DNA of 64,000 bases from Actinomycetota bacterium (GTDB lineage Bacteria > Actinomycetota > Geothermincolia > Fen-727 > JAQUKT01), in assembly GCA_028718945.1 (NCBI GenBank), contig JAQUKT010000003.1:624-64623 (forward strand), in the 5' to 3' direction. The notes beneath the pieces were generated by a model. It made no database searches. It saw nothing but the letters and a program-made list of their open reading frames with translations, and was not told the origin of the DNA. This document shows, one piece after another, positions 47,338 to 55,365 of the stretch. How positions within the stretch are numbered: position 1 is the stretch's first letter; every line of letters starts with the position of its first letter. The translations under genes and the position numbers were made by a program.

Positions 47338-48429
47338 GTGGAACGCGCTTCTGTTACTGTTAGATTAAAAAGAGGACCATCGAGGATATTCATTGGAAGA
47401 GGCATCCTCGGGCAAGCGGGTAAACTTGCAGGGGGAAATAAGGGGAAGAAGGCATTTGTAATAACGGATTCAAACATTGAACCACTATACCTCGACGAAC
47501 TCCTCGATGGATTAGGCTCTTGTGGCATCTCGACATCCGTAAAGATTATCAAGCCGGGGGAGCAATCAAAGGACCTTTCGGTTGCAGAAGAAATTCTTTC
47601 TCTCATGATAGGAGAAAATCTCTCGAGGGACGACATGGTGGTTGCCTTGGGAGGCGGAGTTGTTGGAGACCTTTCAGGGTTTGTCGCCTCAATATACAAA
47701 AGGGGAATTTCTCTTCTTGCTGTTCCAACCACGCTCATTGCTCAGGTAGATTCTTCCATCGGGGGGAAAACCGCGGTGAATCTCAAAGAGGGCAAAAACA
47801 TGGTTGGAACTTTTCACCAACCCCTTTGCGTGATTTGTGATGTCAAAACTATTTTGACTCTTCCCGAAAGAGAATTCCGTTCGGGGATTGCCGAGGTTGT
47901 GAAATACTATTTTTTGAGCAAAAGTTTTCCCGACTTGAGGGGAATTGGAAAGGAATTACTTTCGAGAAAAGAGGATGCGCTTCTTGATATTGTTCACGCG
48001 TCTGCTTCTCTAAAGGCAAGAGTTGTCTCAAAGGATGAGTTTGACAGGAAGGGGTTGCGAGTTTTTCTAAATTATGGGCATACCCTCGGTCATGCTCTCG
48101 AGGCTGCTTGCGGCTACGGTGATGAATACACCCATGGCGAGGCTATATCTATCGGGATGGTTTTTGCGGCAATGCTTTCCGAAGAGCACCGAATCGCACA
48201 AAAAGGACTTGTGGATGAACACAGGGATATGATTTCTCCCTTTGGTCTTCCGGTGAATCCTCATGAACCCTTCCCTTCATTTGAGGAGTTATTATCATTC
48301 ATGGAAAGGGACAAGAAGAACAAGGATGAGATAGACATGGTTCTTTTGAGGAAGCGCGCAAGACCGTTACTTTCAAATGGAATCGAGGCTGAAAAACTGA
48401 AACTCGCATACGAACGTTTGTTGATGTAG
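47338..48429 (+). CDS. aroB: 3-dehydroquinate synthase AroB
   Basis: GGGVVGDLSGFVASIYKRGI, NYGHTLGHALE. Confidence 0.88.
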   Translation: MERASVTVRLKRGPSRIFIGRGILGQAGKLAGGNKGKKAFVITDSNIEPLYLDELLDGLGSCGISTSVKIIKPGEQSKDLSVAEEILSLMIGENLSRDDMVVALGGGVVGDLSGFVASIYKRGISLLAVPTTLIAQVDSSIGGKTAVNLKEGKNMVGTFHQPLCVICDVKTILTLPEREFRSGIAEVVKYYFLSKSFPDLRGIGKELLSRKEDALLDIVHASASLKARVVSKDEFDRKGLRVFLNYGHTLGHALEAACGYGDEYTHGEAISIGMVFAAMLSEEHRIAQKGLVDEHRDMISPFGLPVNPHEPFPSFEELLSFMERDKKNKDEIDMVLLRKRARPLLSNGIEAEKLKLAYERLLM

Positions 48430-48456
48430 AAAAGGGATCAGGCAGAGGAGGCTTTT

Positions 48457-48897
48457 TTGGAGAGGATACTCATCATAAATGGTCCGAATCTGAATCTCTT
48501 GGGAGAGAGAGACCGAAAAGCCTACGGTCAAAAGACGCTCGAGGAGATAAATACTTTAATCAAAGGAGTGGCGGACGAACTTTCCGTGGAGGTGGAGTTT
48601 TTTCAGTCGAATCATGAGGGAGACCTTATTGACAAGATTCACGAGGAGAGAAAAAAAGCGGATGGAATAATAATCAATCCAGGCGCGCTAACGCACTACA
48701 GTTTCGCTCTTCATGACGCGCTCGAAGCGGTTGGCTTGCCGACGGTCGAGGTGCACATAAGTGATATAGACAAAAGGGAAGAGTGGCGCAGGCATTCGGT
48801 CATAACGCCGGTCGCCTGGAAGGTAATCAAAGGAAAAGGATTCGAAGGATACCTTGTTGCTTTGCGCGAACTGGTAAATCATATTCGCGCGCAGTAG
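48457..48897 (+). CDS. aroQ: Type II 3-dehydroquinate dehydratase AroQ
   Basis: ILIINGPNLNLLGERD...QSNHEG...IINPGALTHYS. Confidence 0.88.
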   Translation: MERILIINGPNLNLLGERDRKAYGQKTLEEINTLIKGVADELSVEVEFFQSNHEGDLIDKIHEERKKADGIIINPGALTHYSFALHDALEAVGLPTVEVHISDIDKREEWRRHSVITPVAWKVIKGKGFEGYLVALRELVNHIRAQ

Positions 48898-48907
48898 GCT
48901 TGCTGCC

Positions 48908-49067
48908 CCGTTCCATAAATACGGTTGCATTCTATCGCCGATCCATCCACAAAAGAGCGTTCCGTTCCCTCCGAGTACAACAGAAGTACGCGTCGGTCGT
49001 GCGCCTTGCGAAAGCGGCGCCTCGACGCTCTTGGTACGATACCGTATCTATGGAACGGAACACTTGA
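48908..49067 (+). repeat. ~160-bp GC-rich TIR element, copy 2 (plus orientation)
   Basis: See copy 1 at 32914-33076; ORFs predicted through both copies give similar peptides only because the DNA is repeated. Confidence 0.8.
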
Positions 49068-49076
49068 GTTTAGGAA

Positions 49077-51074
49077 TCAATTTCCATTATCGAAGACGGT
49101 GGAATAATTCTTATAGACGATGATGCTAACACGCGTCATTTTGTCTTGAAGTTTACGGGAATCGGGGTTTAGCTTTACGGTAAAACCCTCATTCATGTTT
49201 GAAAGTTTTGCGTCTTCGATCAATGCCCCTCTTGATGCTTTCTCCGCCATTGCCCCGGCAGTCTCGCCTTTAGTAATCCCGACCATGAGAGTCATCGTTC
49301 CCTTACTTGCGGAAGATTCAACGCCAATGCTATTTCTTGTTATGCTCCATGAATCGGGATAGAGTTCCGAGTTGAGAAGGCAGGCGAAGAAAACCTTCTC
49401 TTCTCCTCCTGCAAGCAGGAATGGTTTCGCTACATTGAAGGGCGAAGAAATGGTTTCGGAAGCCCTTGGCATTGGAATTTTGCCTTCAGGAATGATTACT
49501 TCTCCTGATGGAGAAATTTCCAACTTCAGGAAGTCTTGTTTGAACGCCATGCCATTGCTTTCCTGCTCTCCTTCGCATTTCACATATACGAAGGGCTCTC
49601 CACGTGCAAGAATAATGGTGTATCTCCACCTTTGACCGGAGGAGTCGAAGACAACCTGGCATGCCACCTGGTCATTGCCGGAGAAGATAATTTTTGGCCC
49701 ATCAAATATCTTTGAGTTTTCTAAGGGGCTCAAAAGTGGACCTGCCTCCCCTCCGTCGGATAGACTGGTGATTTTTGAAAGGATTTGCCCGGGAATTTTG
49801 CCAATGCGCACACTTATAATCCCATTTGAAAGTTCAATTACATTTTTTGAAGTGTTGAACTCGGGTGGAGCGCCCGCAGCCTCGCTTAAGGTTTCAAGTC
49901 CTCCCAAGGTGAGGACATCTCCAAGGTCATGAAAAACACCGTTTTGCAAAACGGAAAGAGAAATTCTCGAAGTTACCCTTGCGAATTTCTTCTCGACTTC
50001 AAATCTACACATTCCGCTGCTATCGGTTTTGAGGTAAGCATCCCCGAGCATCCCGTTGATTGTTGAAGTGCCGGTTCTGTCAGAAATCCTGACCTGCGCA
50101 TTCTCAACGGGCATTCCATCTTTTCGCCTGAGTTGCAGTTCAAAATCCTGCGGTGTGTTGAGTGGCAAAACTTCCAGGGATGGTTCGATAGTGGCTTCAT
50201 ACTGAGGAGAGAATGCGGAAGAGACGGGTGCAATTGGGGCAATTTGCTTTCTACCATCGAGCTCCACGACAACATCGAGGTTTCTCAATAGTTCTTTTGG
50301 ATCAGTGTTTCTCGCGTCAATGTCAAACTCGAATACCCCATTCCTGTCTGCCATTCCCTCAATCGCTGTCTTTCCGCAGAGAGCCTTTGTTCCTCCTTTG
50401 GAATCAACAACTTCTATTCTTGCCCCGCTCGCGCGTTTCAAAAGAATTTCCGGCTCGCTCGAGGCAAGAGTTCTTTCGATGTTGCTTTGCTTCGTCTTCA
50501 GGTTCTTTATCTCGCCTGTTAATTCAAAACCTCCCGCGAAATCTCTTTTGCCCATGATTTCACTGGCGGATTTCAGTTTGCTGTTGTAGTCAATACTTGC
50601 AAGCTCAATGTTTTCATGCTCAGCCTCTTTGGATTCAATGAGTTTTTGAACCTCTGAAAGCCTGACGTTTGCAAGTTCGAGATATTTTTTTGCCTTATTC
50701 TTCTGATTGAACGTAAAGGCAAGGGACACATTTTCTCCTGCCTTCTTGAATGTATATAAAGGGTCTCCAGGTTTCGTGTTTCGCGCAGCAACTGTAAGTC
50801 CCCCGAAAATCGCGAAAAGAAGAACAAGTGAAATACCCGCACTGACCGCTATTTTGAAGGGCAAACTTCTCTTGAGCGCTCGATGCTCTTCTCCTGCGCG
50901 CCTCTCAGTAGCCGGTATGAAAATGGAAGGAAAAAGTGAAGCAAAAAATATCTTTACCTTGAATGCCAACCCCGCTTTTGCTTTTGGGATAGCCTTCAAT
51001 CTTTGGACTATCGCGAGCAAATCCTCGTATTGTTTCATATTACTTTTACTATTCAGGTTTCTTTTGTTTCTCAT
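49077..51074 (-). CDS. Membrane-anchored anti-sigma factor-like protein with DUF5667-like extracytoplasmic domain
   Basis: Overlaps and follows the ECF sigma gene; single TM (AVSAGISLVLLFAIFGG), then PGDPLYTFKKAGENV...LELANVRLSEVQKL, DUF5667-like. Confidence 0.55.
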   Translation of the reverse strand: MRNKRNLNSKSNMKQYEDLLAIVQRLKAIPKAKAGLAFKVKIFFASLFPSIFIPATERRAGEEHRALKRSLPFKIAVSAGISLVLLFAIFGGLTVAARNTKPGDPLYTFKKAGENVSLAFTFNQKNKAKKYLELANVRLSEVQKLIESKEAEHENIELASIDYNSKLKSASEIMGKRDFAGGFELTGEIKNLKTKQSNIERTLASSEPEILLKRASGARIEVVDSKGGTKALCGKTAIEGMADRNGVFEFDIDARNTDPKELLRNLDVVVELDGRKQIAPIAPVSSAFSPQYEATIEPSLEVLPLNTPQDFELQLRRKDGMPVENAQVRISDRTGTSTINGMLGDAYLKTDSSGMCRFEVEKKFARVTSRISLSVLQNGVFHDLGDVLTLGGLETLSEAAGAPPEFNTSKNVIELSNGIISVRIGKIPGQILSKITSLSDGGEAGPLLSPLENSKIFDGPKIIFSGNDQVACQVVFDSSGQRWRYTIILARGEPFVYVKCEGEQESNGMAFKQDFLKLEISPSGEVIIPEGKIPMPRASETISSPFNVAKPFLLAGGEEKVFFACLLNSELYPDSWSITRNSIGVESSASKGTMTLMVGITKGETAGAMAEKASRGALIEDAKLSNMNEGFTVKLNPDSRKLQDKMTRVSIIVYKNYSTVFDNGN

Positions 51075-51663
51075 GATTCAGGTCTTCTTGTTTTCCTTCC
51101 TCGAGACCGGAAGCTTTTTCTGATTCACCAAGTTTTTCTCTTAAGTTCTTTATTCCCTTGAACTGAAGCGCTCTTACTGTCACCTCTTTCTTACCCAGGA
51201 TATATGCAGTTTCCGCGACGCTTCTATCCTCAATAAACCTCAATATCAGAACCTCTGCTTGTGCCTTTGGCAATTCAGTCACATTTCCATATAGAGTTTT
51301 CAAATCATCTTTCTTCTGAATGTCCTCTTCAATCCTGTTTTCAACCGGTATATCCGCTACTTCATCAATGTCCAAAGATCCCTTTTGTTTCCTGAAATTG
51401 TCGACCACCTCGTTATGCGCAATCTTGAAGAGCCATGCTTTTACAGAATATCCCCTCTCCTCATAGGACTCCACGGTTCTCAGCCCATGCATGAAGACCT
51501 GCATCGTAAGGTCTTCCGCGTCGCTTCTGTTTCCGGTTCTTCTGTATATGTAGTCATAAATTTCCTCATAACACAGCTTGAAGAGCCTCCCATACGCTCT
51601 CCTGTCACCTTTTCTCGCCATTTCTACGAGACTTCTTAGCAAGTCTTCCTGGCTTTTCGCCAT
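51049..51663 (-). CDS. ECF (sigma-70 region 2/4) RNA polymerase sigma factor
   Basis: Region 2 (YRRTGNRSDAEDLTMQVF) and region 4 HTH (AEVLILRFIEDRSVAETAYILGKKEVTV). Confidence 0.85.
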   Translation of the reverse strand: MAKSQEDLLRSLVEMARKGDRRAYGRLFKLCYEEIYDYIYRRTGNRSDAEDLTMQVFMHGLRTVESYEERGYSVKAWLFKIAHNEVVDNFRKQKGSLDIDEVADIPVENRIEEDIQKKDDLKTLYGNVTELPKAQAEVLILRFIEDRSVAETAYILGKKEVTVRALQFKGIKNLREKLGESEKASGLEEGKQEDLNHEKQKKPE

Positions 51664-51821
51664 TACCTTCTATCCTTTGAAACGAATGACAGCTTATTTT
51701 GTTAACTCTTACATTTCGAGGTCGGCATAACCTTTGGGCCCTGTCATATTATAATGCGCCTGGCAATTCTTGAGCTTCGGGGCTGCTATAAATCAGATTG
51801 GAACATTTTTTATCTAACCGC

Positions 51822-51848
51822 AAATGTGTCATTGCAAGACCTGACCCC
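51822..51848 (-). repeat. REP-like repeat arm A, solo, minus orientation
   Basis: CAAATGTGTCATTGCAAGACCTGACCCC is the reverse complement of arm A. Confidence 0.8.
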
Positions 51849-51869
51849 ATGTTGTAAGGTAAGGGTGTG

Positions 51870-52445
51870 ATGGAAAAAATTTCGATTTCTGGTTTCTCCA
51901 CATTCGAGATGTTTTTTCTCGTTTTCGTGCTGTGCGTTTTCTTTCTCGGGGTTGTTCTCGTTCCCGCCCGCCTGCCAGAGGGGAATTTCAGGAAAAGTTC
52001 AGAACTTGAAAATCAAGCAAGGGTCCTGGTTGGGAAAATTGAAAAAATCCTCGAAGGGGCTTTAAGAGTTGAACTGAAAGAGGGCGGCAGCTCTGATTGT
52101 ATTGTTGTATTTCAGAATCTCGATGGTGATGCAGGTACAGGTGGCTTCAGAGCAGATGAGGAAAGGGGATTAGAGCGGGTTGTCATTCGAAGGGAAAGTC
52201 ATAATAGCCGGAAACTCGGGGCATTAGTCTATTCAAAGCCAGGCATTTTGAAGGGGAGGGTTACTTTGACCGAATTCCTCGATGTCAAAAAGGGATTACC
52301 TTTTGAATTGAGGTATAAATTCATGAATCGAAAAGCGAACCTGAAAGAAATTTCGGTTCGTGTAAGATTGAGGAAAGGGGAAAGTGCATTTGCGTTTGAA
52401 AAAATTGTTAGATTGAAGAGAAATCCCGGGGTATTTTTCTTTTGA
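51870..52445 (+). CDS. Pseudopilin / minor pilin (prepilin-type N-terminal domain)
   Basis: MEKISISG|FSTFEMFFLVFVLCVFFLGVV class III leader with Glu+5. Confidence 0.6.
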   Translation: MEKISISGFSTFEMFFLVFVLCVFFLGVVLVPARLPEGNFRKSSELENQARVLVGKIEKILEGALRVELKEGGSSDCIVVFQNLDGDAGTGGFRADEERGLERVVIRRESHNSRKLGALVYSKPGILKGRVTLTEFLDVKKGLPFELRYKFMNRKANLKEISVRVRLRKGESAFAFEKIVRLKRNPGVFFF

Positions 52446-52528
52446 AGATATGGATTCTCGAATGTAAACCTTGTGCATGAAAAAGCGTTATAATAAATAA
52501 AGGAAGCTGGTAAAAAGGGAAGGAAGGC

Positions 52529-53119
52529 ATGAACAAGAAGGATAATTTGAGATGTCTCAATCAAGATAGCTTTACCATAGCAGAACTCCTTATTGTTATT
52601 GGTTTGATAGGGATTTTGCTCACTGTTACGGTTATTTCTTATGCGGTTTCGAACAGGTCAACAGACCAGAGGGCTGGCGTAGAGATGCTCAAAGAAGAGA
52701 TAAGAAGAGTGTATTCTCTTGCTAATTCTGCGGTTAAGACAAACGGACAGAGAGACAGGTATAGAATTGAGTTCCGTCGCCTCGGTGAGGGTAGTGACCC
52801 AAAAAACTGCTACAGGGTTCTAAAACTTACGTGGAATGGCTCGTCATGGGTTCCAGGTGTTGTTCCGGCAATGAGACAGACCTCGGTAAAGATTGTTGAC
52901 GAGGCAAACGGATGGGTGAGGCCATTTTCCTCTGGTGAGCCGTACATAAATGCATATACCGGCATGTCCACGCTTTCTGGATACAATGGGGTAACTTTTG
53001 TTTCAAAGGGCTCAATAGTTGAGACAGACACCGCTGGCGAAAAAACGGTTATCGTGAGGGTTCCCCCAAATAGCGACATCACCATAAGAATTTCACAGTA
53101 CGGATCAGTTTCAGAATAG
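52529..53119 (+). CDS. Pseudopilin / minor pilin
   Basis: ...NQDS|FTIAELLIVIGLIGILLTV hydrophobic N-terminal helix with Glu+5 (Ser at -1). Confidence 0.6.
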   Translation: MNKKDNLRCLNQDSFTIAELLIVIGLIGILLTVTVISYAVSNRSTDQRAGVEMLKEEIRRVYSLANSAVKTNGQRDRYRIEFRRLGEGSDPKNCYRVLKLTWNGSSWVPGVVPAMRQTSVKIVDEANGWVRPFSSGEPYINAYTGMSTLSGYNGVTFVSKGSIVETDTAGEKTVIVRVPPNSDITIRISQYGSVSE

Positions 53120-53122
53120 CTC

Positions 53123-53650
53123 TTATCTTTGATATTTGCCGGTTACCCAGTCAAAATCGTTCTGCCAGTTTCTCCCAGGGGTACTAAATCCAGGGCTATC
53201 GGGATGAGGATTCCCACTTTTTTCCATGTCCCTTATGCCAAACACATAAAAACATCCTCTTGAGGAATCAGCACCATAAGAGCCAGCCCCGTACCTGTAA
53301 TAGTGCATGTTCCCGCTTGCATGATAAAGCCTCCCGGTAGGGTCCTTGAACATTTTTGAGATGAATCCCTCATCCTTAAGCGGTTTGATAAATATACCGT
53401 CTGCATCACCATCCCAGCCACCCCAGTCATTATCGGTGTTTGCAGGGTAATTACCTTTGGCGTCCTTGTATCTTTCGAGAGCCTCGGGAATTGCTTTAGC
53501 GTATGAAAGTCGGGTGGCATCCGCGGTGTCTTTCGTGTTTGCAATATAAACGGGAACCGCAATTCCCACAAGAACTCCAATAATGCCGATCACCATCATC
53601 AGTTCGACTATCGTAAATCCTTTGTTTTTCGCACCAAGTACACTCCTCAA
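53123..53650 (-). CDS. Type IV pilin (second pilin gene)
   Basis: MRSVLGAKNKG|FTIVELMMVIGIIGVLVGIAVP canonical prepilin leader. Confidence 0.75.
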   Translation of the reverse strand: MRSVLGAKNKGFTIVELMMVIGIIGVLVGIAVPVYIANTKDTADATRLSYAKAIPEALERYKDAKGNYPANTDNDWGGWDGDADGIFIKPLKDEGFISKMFKDPTGRLYHASGNMHYYRYGAGSYGADSSRGCFYVFGIRDMEKSGNPHPDSPGFSTPGRNWQNDFDWVTGKYQR

Positions 53651-53724
53651 TTTAGACCTCCAATTTGTTATTATACAATATATAAAACGATAAATCTCCT
53701 CTTTCGTTTATATGGGGTCGCCCA

Positions 53725-55110
53725 CTAAATTGAAGGGTCGCCGATGAGAGTCATGCCGAGAACGACTCTCCTTTGGTCTGAATTTTTCATGAGGGAGGAG
53801 TTCCTGACAGTGTATTCGTCAATAGCCCGCGCAAGCGCGTCTCCAAATGTCATTTTCTTGTTGATGAAATTCTCGAGAACGTCCTCTCCAATCTCAAAGT
53901 GCAGCCCTCCGGTTTTTTCAAGCGCGGCTTTGTAGTCATCCCTTGTGAAAGAGAAGAAATCCCTTGACATTCCGCAGGCAGAAATTGCACCACCCTCTTG
54001 CATCACGAGCGCTTCTGTAATCGAATAGTCCGGTTCATAATCGAAAGCCGAAATAACGCACCCGAAACCGAGGAAGAAAAAGGGCGTTTTGTTCCTGAGG
54101 TTTTTAACCTTCTCCGAATCAAGAACCGCCTCAGAAAGTTCTTTTTCATACCATTTTGAATATCTTATATCCCGGCAGGCTTCAAGGACATTTTTCTCAT
54201 CTTGGGGCGAGATTCCCCGCGATTGGAGGCTTTTCAGCCTCTTTATTGAATTTACCACCAGACCGAATGGAAAACCGTGGGTTATTCCTACAACGACAGA
54301 GTAATTCCCGCTGTTGATTTCTCTTATTACCTCGGAAGGAGTTATTTTCCCCTCACGTAGTATTTTCCCTTCCCATCCTTGAAAGATAGACCTGAGGCGC
54401 TTTGAGAAATCATACCCTTTCAAGATTTGTCCCATGTCCTTCAGGGCTTCTATCAAAAGGTATCTTTCTTCCCCGGGTTTTCTGTAATCCATGATTTTTT
54501 CAATAACCGGTTTCAGGTCACGGGCAGATTTTGCTGGGATCCTTCCAACTGAAATATCATGGGAATATCCACCTTCAAGCAGGTTGCCGGTGATTTCCCC
54601 GTATATGCCGTTTCTATTTATATCCCAGTTGTCAGAAAGATTCGCGAAATAAAGGTCAGATGGCACGTAGTATCTTTCATACTCGAGCGGGTTTCCTCTT
54701 CTGGCTTTTTCTCTTTCCCGTTCCCTTCCCGGAACCACTCCCTCGAATGGGCAGTAAACATATCTAACCGGAACCAATTTCTCATCGCCGAGTAGAAGAA
54801 GGTATTTTATCTTTTTTCGCCTGTGATATTCGCGCACGAGTTCTCTCATTTTTTCTGGTAGGTCTTTCCCCTCAAAGTTCTTCTCTATGTGCGATGTTGT
54901 TACAACGGCTGCTGGAATACCATTCTTCGTCTTGAACCTTGCGAGTTTTTGAGCGTCCTCGAAAAACTCTTTATGAGTGATAATCAGGAGGTCTATTTTC
55001 TTGCCCTGCTCTTTGGGATATATTTCCACCTGATTTGCGCAACCAGCAGAAAACACGCAAATTACCATTAAGGTAGATATTAGAGTAAGCGCAAACCTTA
55101 AATATTTCAC
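53725..55110 (-). CDS. Lipoprotein, clan CD (C25 gingipain/C11/caspase-like) cysteine peptidase-like
   Basis: Lipobox LMVICVFSAGC; hydrophobic strand + His-Gly (VVVGITHGF) and hydrophobic strand + small-Cys (FFFLGFGCV) as in clan CD catalytic dyads. Confidence 0.5.
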   Translation of the reverse strand: MKYLRFALTLISTLMVICVFSAGCANQVEIYPKEQGKKIDLLIITHKEFFEDAQKLARFKTKNGIPAAVVTTSHIEKNFEGKDLPEKMRELVREYHRRKKIKYLLLLGDEKLVPVRYVYCPFEGVVPGREREREKARRGNPLEYERYYVPSDLYFANLSDNWDINRNGIYGEITGNLLEGGYSHDISVGRIPAKSARDLKPVIEKIMDYRKPGEERYLLIEALKDMGQILKGYDFSKRLRSIFQGWEGKILREGKITPSEVIREINSGNYSVVVGITHGFPFGLVVNSIKRLKSLQSRGISPQDEKNVLEACRDIRYSKWYEKELSEAVLDSEKVKNLRNKTPFFFLGFGCVISAFDYEPDYSITEALVMQEGGAISACGMSRDFFSFTRDDYKAALEKTGGLHFEIGEDVLENFINKKMTFGDALARAIDEYTVRNSSLMKNSDQRRVVLGMTLIGDPSI

Positions 55111-55245
55111 GATGACCTTTCTTGACTTACATTTGAAATGTTAACATTCTGCTGGGACATTTATTTTTCAACTTTCTTCTGTTTTCCTCCGAATACTCGA
55201 ACAAAGGCAAATAAAGGCAAAAAAGAGTATAATTCAAAAGAGAAA

Positions 55246-55269
55246 CACCAAAAATGAAGGTCTGACCCC
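55246..55269 (+). repeat. REP-like repeat arm B
   Basis: CACCAAAAATGAAGGTCTGACCCCC is identical to 9903-9925. Confidence 0.75.
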
Positions 55270-55365
55270 CGCGTAAACGATGAAGGGTGTTTTTCGTTAT
55301 AAATATTGGAGTTCTGGTAAAATAATATCGTGAATATATGCTTTCCCTTGGGGAAAGGAGGAAAG

